From a virus, in the IMG/VR virus record IMGVR_UViG_3300045919_000631, positions 1-64,000 of that record: DNA of 64,000 nt; one strand, given 5' to 3'. The notes under the pieces are model-generated. The model was not told the DNA's origin and ran no database searches. It worked only from the letters and a program-made list of their open reading frames with translations. Made by a program: the position numbers and the translations under genes. Shown here one piece after another: positions 25,298 through 33,510 of this stretch; position 1 is the stretch's first letter, and each line of letters starts with the position of its first letter.

Positions 25298-25381
25298 TTG
25301 TAAGTGTACTGCCATACTATACTATGCGAGACCCGGCTAAACGTAATCCAGCAGGAGACTTCGAACCTCCCCTTCTTACAA
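25298..25381 (-). ncRNA. second circularly permuted tRNA-like RNA
   Basis: ttgtaag/cttacaa closing stem, T-arm ggagg-ttcgaag-tctcc, closed acceptor hairpin, D-arm with GG. Confidence 0.68.
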
Positions 25382-25383
25382 AT

Positions 25384-25459
25384 TGGCACGTCCGGCCGGA
25401 GTTGAACCGACATAAGGTGGATTTGGAGTTCACTGCCCTACCACATGGACCACAGACGT
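25384..25459 (-). tRNA. tRNA-Trp(CCA)
   Basis: ctCCAaa loop, G73. Confidence 0.9.
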
Positions 25460-25665
25460 GTAAAATTTGTAGTCCATTTTTCATCATGTTACCATGGGAT
25501 GGACCGATCCGTTTCCACTCTTTAGTCTGGAAGCTCAGCGAGCTTAGGGCTCGGAACCTTATTAAGATTCTTACACTCTACTGCAACCACTCTTTTGCGC
25601 AGCATAATCTCCAGCGAACTTTGTGATCGTTGCCAAAGGTGTCTGCGCTTACATTGAGCAGAAAT

Positions 25666-25760
25666 TGGTGCTAGTTTTATCTGAATCTTGCCCTTGGGCC
25701 TAATAAGAACTGCAACTTAATCAGGATACGAGGCTTGCCAACATCAGACCTTTAACTAGC
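25666..25760 (-). ncRNA. CCA-ended non-cloverleaf RNA
   Basis: 7-bp gctagtt/aactagc plus ACCA, inner tctga/tcaga. Confidence 0.55.
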
Positions 25761-25769
25761 AAAGGAAAT

Positions 25770-25844
25770 TGGTGGTAGAAGAGGGGCTTGAACCCTCAAC
25801 CTTATCCTTATGACGGATTTGCGCTACCATTGCGCCATTCTACC
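25770..25844 (-). tRNA. tRNA with CAT anticodon (Ile2 or elongator Met)
   Basis: atcc-gtCATaa-ggat; acceptor resembles the phage tRNA-Ile(GAT). Confidence 0.85.
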
Positions 25845-25848
25845 GAAA

Positions 25849-25923
25849 TGGTGGGCCAAGAGGGACTTGAACCCCCAACGCCGAGATCTTCACTCTCGCG
25901 CTCTACATTGGAGCTATTGACCC
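25849..25923 (-). tRNA. tRNA-Phe(GAA)
   Basis: cgaga-gtGAAga-tctcg. Confidence 0.9.
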
Positions 25924-25967
25924 ATTTAAATTGAATGCCTAGCATTTCTGCTAGGACTTTTGTTTTC

Positions 25968-26063
25968 TTATTCGCTACAAGACTTGTTGTTGTAGTCTTC
26001 GTGAGTTATTACTCCAACTAAAGCAACAGCCAAATAGGCGATTATGATGGTTACAATTTGCAT
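25968..26063 (-). CDS. 31-aa membrane microprotein
   Basis: MQIVTIIIAYLAVALVGVITHEDYNNKSCSE with AAGGA upstream. Confidence 0.45.
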   Translation of the reverse strand: MQIVTIIIAYLAVALVGVITHEDYNNKSCSE

Positions 26064-26150
26064 TGTTTCCTTTGTCCTTAGAACTGATGCCCGTAGGTTA
26101 ACCAGTTGTTAAAATGGTGGGATTAATAGTAATCGACTTCTTAAAAGAAA

Positions 26151-26226
26151 TGGCCCCCACACGGGAAATCGAATCCCGATAAATGGATAGACAATCCATG
26201 GTACTAAGCCGTTGTACGATGTGGGG
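26151..26226 (-). tRNA. tRNA-Asp(GTC)
   Basis: atgga-ttGTCta-tccat, G73. Confidence 0.88.
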
Positions 26227-26233
26227 CTTTAAA

Positions 26234-26851
26234 TTACAGCCAGCTTGGTCCTTTTTGATCAACTGGAATTTTTAAAATCTTTCTTACTAACCATTTTACC
26301 CACCAATACGCGGTGAGCTTTAATGATTGAAATTTTAAGAGCGTATGATTACCAACAATAATTGAAGCACCATAACGCTTAACAACTCTTACATGGCCTG
26401 CTGTTTCGTGGCAAAGTTTAGTGACATCAACGATACTACCACCATAGGCTTGATCGCTCCAATTGTCAACTAAAATATCTGCTCCCATTCTGTTTCCAGA
26501 ACCTTTTACAACACCTCGTAAAATTGCGTGGCTTGCTCCTTTTACACTAAAAATTTGATTACCAAGACCATTTTGCGATTCACCGAATGAACCGTGTAGC
26601 ATTGTCGTGGCGTGATTATTAATATCAACCGAGCATTCAGCTCCTTGATTGACTACTAGACCGCTGAGACTTACGATACTAAAATCGCAAATCTTTAAAA
26701 TGCTTGCATATTGCACAGGGTGATCTGGCGTTAATACGGCATTGTCTCCTGGGTTATTTGCTGGTGTTGGATTAGAACTACCGGCGTTTGATTCCCAGAC
26801 ATTGTTGCTTACTGATAGGTAATTAACATCTACTTTGGTTGAACTGCTCAT
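26234..26851 (-). CDS. hypothetical beta-rich protein with C-terminal amphipathic helix
   Basis: true start MSSSTK behind TAAATA; the ORF-track extension overlaps tRNA-Tyr. Confidence 0.7.
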   Translation of the reverse strand: MSSSTKVDVNYLSVSNNVWESNAGSSNPTPANNPGDNAVLTPDHPVQYASILKICDFSIVSLSGLVVNQGAECSVDINNHATTMLHGSFGESQNGLGNQIFSVKGASHAILRGVVKGSGNRMGADILVDNWSDQAYGGSIVDVTKLCHETAGHVRVVKRYGASIIVGNHTLLKFQSLKLTAYWWVKWLVRKILKIPVDQKGPSWL

Positions 26852-26868
26852 GATGTTATTTATTAAAA

Positions 26869-26953
26869 TGGTGGGCATAGAAGGACTCGAACCTTCGGAG
26901 ACGTTAGTCAGCTGATTTACAGTCAGCCACAATTGCCGCTATGTGATACACCC
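26869..26953 (-). tRNA. tRNA-Tyr(GTA)
   Basis: gctga-ctGTAaa-tcagc, long variable arm. Confidence 0.93.
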
Positions 26954-27208
26954 GAAACTGCGCAGTCTCTCCTGCTGTCAAGCCTAGATCATCGCGCTCG
27001 GCTTTCAGGCTAAATTGGCCTGGCTTTTATTTAAAGACGATCCAGGGCTCGTCATAAAGAACAACTAACTTATTGACTCTTCGTCCTCACAAGCACGGAT
27101 TTACATCCTTCCTGGTTTTGGGGCCCGCAAAACATTTCCTATAATAAGAAATGGCGGCTATTTCATACGCTTCGAGGCGCGCTTTTGCCTATATCTAAAT
27201 TGAACTGT

Positions 27209-27243
27209 AAAAGAAAACCCTAAGCTTTTTGGGCTTAGGGTTA
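27209..27243 (-). terminator. conditional intrinsic terminator (attenuator B:C)
   Basis: aaccctaagc-ccaaaaa-gcttagggtt-ttctttt. Confidence 0.85.
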
Positions 27244-27269
27244 AAAGTAAAACTGTCTTTAACCCTAAG
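27234..27269 (-). promoter_or_regulatory. antiterminator hairpin (A:B)
   Basis: perfect 12-bp cttagggttaaa/tttaaccctaag, mutually exclusive with the terminator. Confidence 0.8.
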
Positions 27270-27354
27270 ATGTCCCTTTATCTGCCAAACCATGTGGTTC
27301 TAGCGCAACGTTCGAGTTGCTTGTAAACCAAATTGTTTGATACATTGAGAGCAT
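27265..27354 (-). CDS. attenuator leader peptide (29 aa)
   Basis: MLSMYQTIWFTSNSNVALEPHGLADKGTS*; its TAG lies in antiterminator strand A. Confidence 0.75.
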   Translation of the reverse strand: MLSMYQTIWFTSNSNVALEPHGLADKGTS

Positions 27355-27385
27355 TTGTGAAATTATTTAATCTAACTTCCGGTAT

Positions 27386-27401
27386 ATTATAGTATAGTTC
27401 C
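27386..27401 (-). promoter_or_regulatory. GGAAC-N5-TATAAT promoter at head of RNA array
   Basis: ggaac-tatac-tataat; an additional TAAATA at 27364-27369. Confidence 0.75.
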
Positions 27402-27447
27402 TGAAATTCAACCTATTTATTTTTGGGATATGAATGGGGCTTAATCT

Positions 27448-27825
27448 TCATTTACCAAAAAAGAAGAGATAATCATCGTGATTAAGCTCGAGTCTATCAT
27501 TTTTGTTCGCGCTAAGAACTTGGAGCCAACCATTATATGCTTGCACGAGCTCATGATGCTCCATAATCTTTTCTTGACATTCAGTTAGATCACGCTGAAG
27601 AGTTGCATCAATCCGAATCTGTGGACTAAAAGAGCCTTTTGTATTAGAGTAACTAGCAGCAACTGAATCATGGACTTCAATGCCACCGTCCCCAATACTC
27701 TTCATCACTTCTTTCTTTTTATTTTCCCACCATTCAAATTTAGCTTGATGAGTATCTCGTTTAGTCAGCGCCGCTGAAGCTAGTTCCGATGCTGTATATA
27801 AAAATTTCCATTCGTGACGTTTCAT
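27448..27825 (-). CDS. hypothetical helical protein
   Basis: 125-aa ORF. Confidence 0.7.
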   Translation of the reverse strand: MKRHEWKFLYTASELASAALTKRDTHQAKFEWWENKKKEVMKSIGDGGIEVHDSVAASYSNTKGSFSPQIRIDATLQRDLTECQEKIMEHHELVQAYNGWLQVLSANKNDRLELNHDDYLFFFGK

Positions 27826-27828
27826 AAA

Positions 27829-28470
27829 TTATTGATATAGATAGGGTTTCCATTCTTCTCTGATTACAGTACCCTCAGGTACAATTTGATGCAAGTTAAT
27901 ACCTTTTAAGGGTTTTACTTCTTTACCGTGGATATCGTAATAAGGAAAATGGCTATCTTTTTTATTATTGCATTCCCAGCAAGCCAGCACTAAATTAAAA
28001 TCATCATTGCTTCCACCTTTGCTTTTTGGGAGACAGTGATCCTTAGTTGCTGCGCTATATGGAATCTTTTCGTAGCAATATTGACATACACCTTTGTATA
28101 TGTCATAGAGCCGACGAAGAGAAATACTTTGACCGCTTTTTGGACGGTGCCCAAAGTTTCTTGTGCAGACTAAAATTGTGGGGATTGCCCAGCATCTATC
28201 TTCTCCAGTTAACTGATCTGGAGCAGAACGAAGACAAGGTTGGTCGTCAAAAAGTGATACTTCATTGTTAAACCAGCGTAGAGTATTAATCCCTTCTCCA
28301 AGCACTAAATCAGCTCCGTGCCAAGACACAGCATTACCTACAGCATCGATACCTTTTACACGGCCGCACATAAGGTGCCGAAAAGCAGCGCGAGCAGTAA
28401 TGACGTTGAACGCTTCGTGCGCAACGTTGCAGATTAAACTTGTGCGAGTATGTGGAGCTACAACTTTCAT
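27829..28470 (-). CDS. HNH endonuclease (McrA-like)
   Basis: CQYC...TKDHCLPKSKGGSNDDFNLVLACWECNNKK. Confidence 0.9.
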   Translation of the reverse strand: MKVVAPHTRTSLICNVAHEAFNVITARAAFRHLMCGRVKGIDAVGNAVSWHGADLVLGEGINTLRWFNNEVSLFDDQPCLRSAPDQLTGEDRCWAIPTILVCTRNFGHRPKSGQSISLRRLYDIYKGVCQYCYEKIPYSAATKDHCLPKSKGGSNDDFNLVLACWECNNKKDSHFPYYDIHGKEVKPLKGINLHQIVPEGTVIREEWKPYLYQ

Positions 28471-28533
28471 TCAGAATAATGCCGAGGCTGGGCTTACCAT
28501 ACCTCGGCTGGTTATAATTATAATATCCAGGAT

Positions 28534-28758
28534 TTACTTAGCGACTACACCGGACTGATTGAGAGCTGACGCAAGATCACGAGCATCAACTGGAGTCCAT
28601 TCAGACTGCCATTGATTAATCACGTTCAAAACCTTTGCACCATCTCCAACAATACGGAAAGAACCGTCATTGACGCGCTCAAGTGTGATGTTGAAACGCT
28701 TTGGTCTGACAGACTTATTAGCTAAATAACTATTCCATTGTTCGTTGATTTTCTTCAT
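28534..28758 (-). CDS. hypothetical protein
   Basis: 74 aa, GGAAC promoter upstream, hairpin downstream. Confidence 0.7.
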   Translation of the reverse strand: MKKINEQWNSYLANKSVRPKRFNITLERVNDGSFRIVGDGAKVLNVINQWQSEWTPVDARDLASALNQSGVVAK

Positions 28759-28765
28759 ACACTCT

Positions 28766-28781
28766 ATTATAGGTTAGTTCC
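28766..28781 (-). promoter_or_regulatory. GGAAC-N5-TATAAT promoter
   Basis: ggaac-taacc-tataat, ATG 7 nt downstream. Confidence 0.75.
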
Positions 28782-29122
28782 GGAAAAAACAAGGTATCTC
28801 TTATGTTCTTTCAATAACTTTTTCTTTAGTTGTGTCTGCTGAGTTATCATCAATGGGCAGTGCCCATGCTGATGTAATCAGTTTTATTGGTTCGGTACTA
28901 CCTTGTAAAATAATTACTTGGCCAGGCGCTAGTTCAATTAGTTCGTCGGGCTTCATCCATTCCCTATTCCACTTTTATTGCAAGGATCTGCATTTGCGTC
29001 ATACTCCTCTTCAATAGGCACAATAAAAGTTGTGAGCAACGTTTTATACGGTTGAGTAGTTCCTTGAAGGTAAATAATCTCTCCAGGCTTTATTTCTATT
29101 ACTTTTTTAGGGTCCCAGGTTG

Positions 29123-29341
29123 TCATAAATTTGTTACTTGCTGATGAACGAAAATAATTTCCATCTCAAAATCTTTTTTACTCTTGCAAAGAGCTTGTTG
29201 CCTAAAAATACACTGCGCATTTTCACTTTCACTTTGAAAGGTCAAATCCGGGTTATCAAAAACACTCACAAACCCAGATCGGTCATAAACAAATAAATAG
29301 CCACTCATTTTGGCTCTATATACTATATCTTTCGGATCCAT
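29123..29341 (-). CDS. hypothetical protein
   Basis: 72-aa ORF. Confidence 0.5.
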   Translation of the reverse strand: MDPKDIVYRAKMSGYLFVYDRSGFVSVFDNPDLTFQSESENAQCIFRQQALCKSKKDFEMEIIFVHQQVTNL

Positions 29342-29472
29342 TTAATTGAATTGTATATCCAAAAGCTCTTGATAAAGTTCTCTCAATAAACGCGCGGCGA
29401 TTGCTGCTTGTTCATTGTTAAGACCTTCTCCTCGAGCTACGGAAGATTCTATGGTGATAATAATTCTATCAA

Positions 29473-29958
29473 CTATTTCTGCTTGCATAAATTTGCTGGA
29501 AACTCTATAGGGTCAAATTGAATCCGTTTTTTAATTTGCATATAGGCTCTTAATACTTTGTATCTATAATGTTGAGCATACTTCACTGCGTCGATTTCTG
29601 CTGGTGAATTTTTATATTTCTCAGGCGTGCTTTCATCATACATTGCGTTTGTATGAGGGATTCTTATAATCTTGTATTGTATAAAGTGTCTAAGCTCATG
29701 TAGCAAATCTACAATAAAATTTGCTGAGTCTTTAATCTCTTGTGACATGTAAATTGTATGCACAAGACCTGGCTCTACTCGATAATACGAATACCATCCT
29801 TTTACCAAGCGAATTGAAATTTGATATTTCTTTGTGGGTCTTTTGTGGTGAATACATTCTTCCTTTAGAATTGAAGATAGTATAAGTGATAAAACTTGAA
29901 AATCGATACTAAACTTCTTTAAAATTCCTTGAGAAGGTTTAAACTTAATATGGCACAT
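29473..29958 (-). CDS. putative zinc metallopeptidase
   Basis: LLHELRHFIQY...PAEIDA (HExxH plus distal E). Confidence 0.75.
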   Translation of the reverse strand: MCHIKFKPSQGILKKFSIDFQVLSLILSSILKEECIHHKRPTKKYQISIRLVKGWYSYYRVEPGLVHTIYMSQEIKDSANFIVDLLHELRHFIQYKIIRIPHTNAMYDESTPEKYKNSPAEIDAVKYAQHYRYKVLRAYMQIKKRIQFDPIEFPANLCKQK

Positions 29959-30241
29959 CTTCTTCGTCTTTTACGGGGAATCTTGCAGGCTTATATTCGC
30001 TTCCAGAGAGCTCTTCCATTTCAAGTGCTCTGATATATTCAGCCTCTTTTATAATGTCTTCGGGCATTTTTGAAGCAGTTGTTGAACGTGCAAGCCTCCG
30101 CTCAAATTCATCTTCTGTAATTAATTCAGCCATAGATCTATCAAAAGCTTCTTGGCTTGAACGATCCCATCCATCGGGATCTAAAACTACTCCATCATAT
30201 GTTTTAAGCCACTCTATGCTACTCTTTTTAACAGGTTCCAT
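29945..30241 (-). CDS. hypothetical protein
   Basis: VLDPDGWDR motif; GGAAC promoter at 30256-30271. Confidence 0.65.
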   Translation of the reverse strand: MEPVKKSSIEWLKTYDGVVLDPDGWDRSSQEAFDRSMAELITEDEFERRLARSTTASKMPEDIIKEAEYIRALEMEELSGSEYKPARFPVKDEEDVPY

Positions 30242-30289
30242 TTGAGATAAATGCTATTTTAATGTTGTTCCTTGATAAATATTAAAACG

Positions 30290-31510
30290 ATGATTTCGCG
30301 ACCAATTTCAGATGTGTATGCTCGTATTATTCTTAATGAGTATAGCGAAGGGTTTATTAAAGCTCAAATGGAGCGTTTAAAACGCTCAGCTGGTCCACAC
30401 GTGACTGAAGAAATGATGCGCTCATATATTGAGCGATTTGATCAATTAAAGTCAGGACAGGCATCGAAAGCGCAAATTATCCAGCTTGTTAGACAATTTA
30501 TAGCAGGTGGTCAAATCGCTGCTGATCCGCAATATGGTCCAAGAGATGCTGAGCGCATTAAAAAATTAGCGGCAAATCCGCTTGAGCTTGGGTTTTATAA
30601 CTGGCATGATTTGGAAATCGTCAAGGACTCATTTAGAGATCCTGCTGATAAAAAAGCACAAAAAATGGCTAATCCTGAGGACACAGGAGCGGAATTGATT
30701 TATAATGATCATGGTTTTCAGATTTATTGGGCTGAAGATATGAACGCTTGTATAAAGTTTAAGCAGTGGATCACAAATAAAACAGCAAAAAGTGGTGAAA
30801 CTGGTAATGCGTATGGATGGTGTATTAGTTATAAACCATCCAGTAATCTATACGCAAATTATCGATTTGGAAAAGATAGAGCGAATGCTAGCATTTATTT
30901 CGTTGTTGATTGGAACATCCCACCAAGCAATCCAAACCATTGTATCGTTTTAATGGCTTTACAAGATGGTCGGTACAGATTATCTGATGCAACAAATAAC
31001 ATGTCAAGAGAAACTGTCACAGGATGGGACACTGTTGTTCAATGGATTCCAAAGATTCGTGATTTGAAAGGATTGATTACGTTTAAACCATTTTCTGAAG
31101 CAGAAGAGCTTTACAATATAACTCGCACAGCTACAGCTGCTGACTTTGCTGGATATACAAGATATAATGTTAAGCAGGCGTATATCGGTGCTGGTAAGCC
31201 AATTAATTCTGAAGACTATCTCAAACTCCCTCAAGAGTTGCAGCATTTATATGTTAATGTTCGCTGCCCAACGCCAGAAAATGATAACTTGAATTTGTTG
31301 CTGTATGGTATCTTTGCTAATACAGACGCTGATAGAGTTAGAGCTGCGATTAAAACTGTTAGAGATTTATACTTACAGAAAGACCCAAATTACAGAGAGC
31401 CTCTATTGTGTGAGCCAACTGTGATGAAAGGCGATAATCAAACATACAAATATTATCGCAAACTTGTCAACGATGCTATCGAGGCAAAAGGTAAAGGTCG
31501 AAGAAACTGA
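30290..31510 (+). CDS. hypothetical late protein
   Basis: ~406 aa, GWCIS...YANYR...IYFVVD motif, TAAATA at 30276. Confidence 0.75.
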   Translation: MISRPISDVYARIILNEYSEGFIKAQMERLKRSAGPHVTEEMMRSYIERFDQLKSGQASKAQIIQLVRQFIAGGQIAADPQYGPRDAERIKKLAANPLELGFYNWHDLEIVKDSFRDPADKKAQKMANPEDTGAELIYNDHGFQIYWAEDMNACIKFKQWITNKTAKSGETGNAYGWCISYKPSSNLYANYRFGKDRANASIYFVVDWNIPPSNPNHCIVLMALQDGRYRLSDATNNMSRETVTGWDTVVQWIPKIRDLKGLITFKPFSEAEELYNITRTATAADFAGYTRYNVKQAYIGAGKPINSEDYLKLPQELQHLYVNVRCPTPENDNLNLLLYGIFANTDADRVRAAIKTVRDLYLQKDPNYREPLLCEPTVMKGDNQTYKYYRKLVNDAIEAKGKGRRN

Positions 31511-31511
31511 G

Positions 31512-31598
31512 TGGTAGGGATAATCGGACTCGAACCGATACACTTTTACAAGTATTTGCTCTTAAGGCAAATGTGTCTACCAATTTCACCATATCCCC
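31512..31598 (-). tRNA. tRNA-Leu(TAA), canonical copy
   Basis: tttgc-ctTAAga-gcaaa, long variable arm. Confidence 0.93.
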
Positions 31599-31601
31599 AT
31601 A

Positions 31602-32516
31602 TCACTCATCAGTCTTTACTACGTGAAATACAGCGTCAACTCCACGACCATATTTTTCAATTAGGCCCATGTCTTGCATGTCTTTCAAGATAATATATGC
31701 TTGCGATGGCGTTAATCCAAGCTCTTTTATAACTCTTCCTTTAGAGATAAAAGGCTCATTCTTCATTGCAAGAATTTTGGTAATATTAGCATCTTGACGC
31801 TTCTTCTTATTGAGAGGGATCTCTTCAGTTTCTTTGGGACCACTAAAGAGAAACCCACTCTCTGTCATAAAGCTATTAAAATCGTTACAAGAACCGAAAC
31901 GGTTTTTATATACAGAGATTACCCGCGCTGAAGAGTCTTCAGTGTCTTCATCGAGAGTAATTTGCATATTAACATCGCATATATGAGGAATGAGAGAGTT
32001 GCCTTTCAAGGTGCCTGCCTTTGTGAGGTGCATCACAAAGATAACAACACATTCATGATCTTTTGCGTGCTTAACTAAGCTATTAATTGCAAATGTCTCA
32101 TGCTCTCTTGTGTTCATATCTTCATCCTTTTCAAGAGCTTGGAATGAATCAATTACAAGCACATCATTATCCTCAATAGCTTTCAACAATTTATCAACGT
32201 CGGTCTCATTTGCGATGCGCACGTTTTGCACATTAAGACGCTTGCAATTATATGCAAGTTGGTGCAAACTTTCTTCACCAGATGCATGAGCAACGGTGTA
32301 ACCAGCTTTGCTAAGCGATTCAAGTAATTGAAGCAAAAACGTGGTTTTGCCTAAGCCAGCGCGAGCCGTAATAGTGATACTTGACCCCGGAAGCAATCCC
32401 TCGCCAAAGATTCTATCCAGCTCTTCAACGTTAGATTTAATACGACGATAAAATACATCAGGTATTTGTACATCAGAAGCTTTTACAAATTCTGTTCGTT
32501 CAAGTCCAAGGTTCAT
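31602..32516 (-). CDS. RadA/Sms-like RecA-fold ATPase
   Basis: AGLGKTT Walker A, SGEES, VIDSFQ, HLTKAG, KNRFG. Confidence 0.9.
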   Translation of the reverse strand: MNLGLERTEFVKASDVQIPDVFYRRIKSNVEELDRIFGEGLLPGSSITITARAGLGKTTFLLQLLESLSKAGYTVAHASGEESLHQLAYNCKRLNVQNVRIANETDVDKLLKAIEDNDVLVIDSFQALEKDEDMNTREHETFAINSLVKHAKDHECVVIFVMHLTKAGTLKGNSLIPHICDVNMQITLDEDTEDSSARVISVYKNRFGSCNDFNSFMTESGFLFSGPKETEEIPLNKKKRQDANITKILAMKNEPFISKGRVIKELGLTPSQAYIILKDMQDMGLIEKYGRGVDAVFHVVKTDE

Positions 32517-32944
32517 GCAGTAATTTGAATATACTCCTCGCTAATTTTCTTATTAAAATGTCTCATAAAACAGTCTTCAATATATGAGAGTTCCCGTTTA
32601 TGTTTGATGCATGCTTCTGTGTCTGCCTCATCAATAGTTTCTGTTATCAATGATTTATAGCATAGAGCAAGCCAGGTGCTGTATGCATTTAATTTATATT
32701 GACTATGCTCTTCTTCAGAGATGCCAGCGTCTTGGCGTTTTTGTTTTTCGGCACCTTTTTTTGCAAAGGTTTGAAGAAACAATTGGAATTTATTTTTGTA
32801 CTTTTTCTTCACAAGTTTTTGCAGAAACTTATGATAAATTGGTACTATCTCACCGGTAAGAGTGCATTTAGCTTGATAAGAGGAAGGGACTTCCACCGCA
32901 CCGTCTGCGAAAAAATACTTGAAATTTTTCTTTTGTCTGGCCAT
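32513..32944 (-). CDS. hypothetical protein
   Basis: 143-aa ORF coupled to RadA-like gene. Confidence 0.65.
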   Translation of the reverse strand: MARQKKNFKYFFADGAVEVPSSYQAKCTLTGEIVPIYHKFLQKLVKKKYKNKFQLFLQTFAKKGAEKQKRQDAGISEEEHSQYKLNAYSTWLALCYKSLITETIDEADTEACIKHKRELSYIEDCFMRHFNKKISEEYIQITA

Positions 32945-32959
32945 AGATTAAATAATTCA

Positions 32960-33226
32960 GTGAATGAGTTAATTAAGTTAATTAATATTCTTAAAGAGTA
33001 CTCTAAAAAAGTGTACCCTGATTATGATAGAGGAACGGTGCTAACACACTTTCCGAAAAAGTTTTACCAAGATTTGTTATCAAATATTGAAAAACTTAAT
33101 ACTGATATTGTCTACAAAACAGAAATAAATCAAAAAGAATATCTTGTTGTGTTAGCACCGAGTTATGATGATACTCATAATTTTTTTGCTTCTCTATCCT
33201 CTAGCGCAATTGATGACGAGGATTAA
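32960..33226 (+). CDS. hypothetical late protein
   Basis: GTG start behind TAAATA. Confidence 0.55.
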   Translation: MNELIKLINILKEYSKKVYPDYDRGTVLTHFPKKFYQDLLSNIEKLNTDIVYKTEINQKEYLVVLAPSYDDTHNFFASLSSSAIDDED

Positions 33227-33447
33227 TACGCAGCAAACCATTGCTCACGCTGAGTATCAATCCATCTATCACTAAGCTCAGCAGCTCCCATAACAGAGCC
33301 GGTATCCTCGCTTACTAGGATGCCTGGTCCATATTTTGGATTAGGTTTGAAGGTCCAGTAGACCCCCATTCCAAAAACACGACCAGGTCGGTCAATACGT
33401 AGAATGCCTGTTTTAAGGCAATGAATTAAATAATCAGCAATGCTCAT
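33223..33447 (-). CDS. hypothetical protein
   Basis: 74 aa behind GGAAC promoter at 33455-33470. Confidence 0.65.
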   Translation of the reverse strand: MSIADYLIHCLKTGILRIDRPGRVFGMGVYWTFKPNPKYGPGILVSEDTGSVMGAAELSDRWIDTQREQWFAAY

Positions 33448-33510
33448 GACCTATATTATATTACAGTTCCGTGGAGGTCCACTTTAATGAATCAATAAAT
33501 AATAACACAT

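Noticed and set aside
27015-27054. preQ1 riboswitch
   Set aside because: Similar topology, but conserved ligand-binding nucleotides and que genes are lacking.
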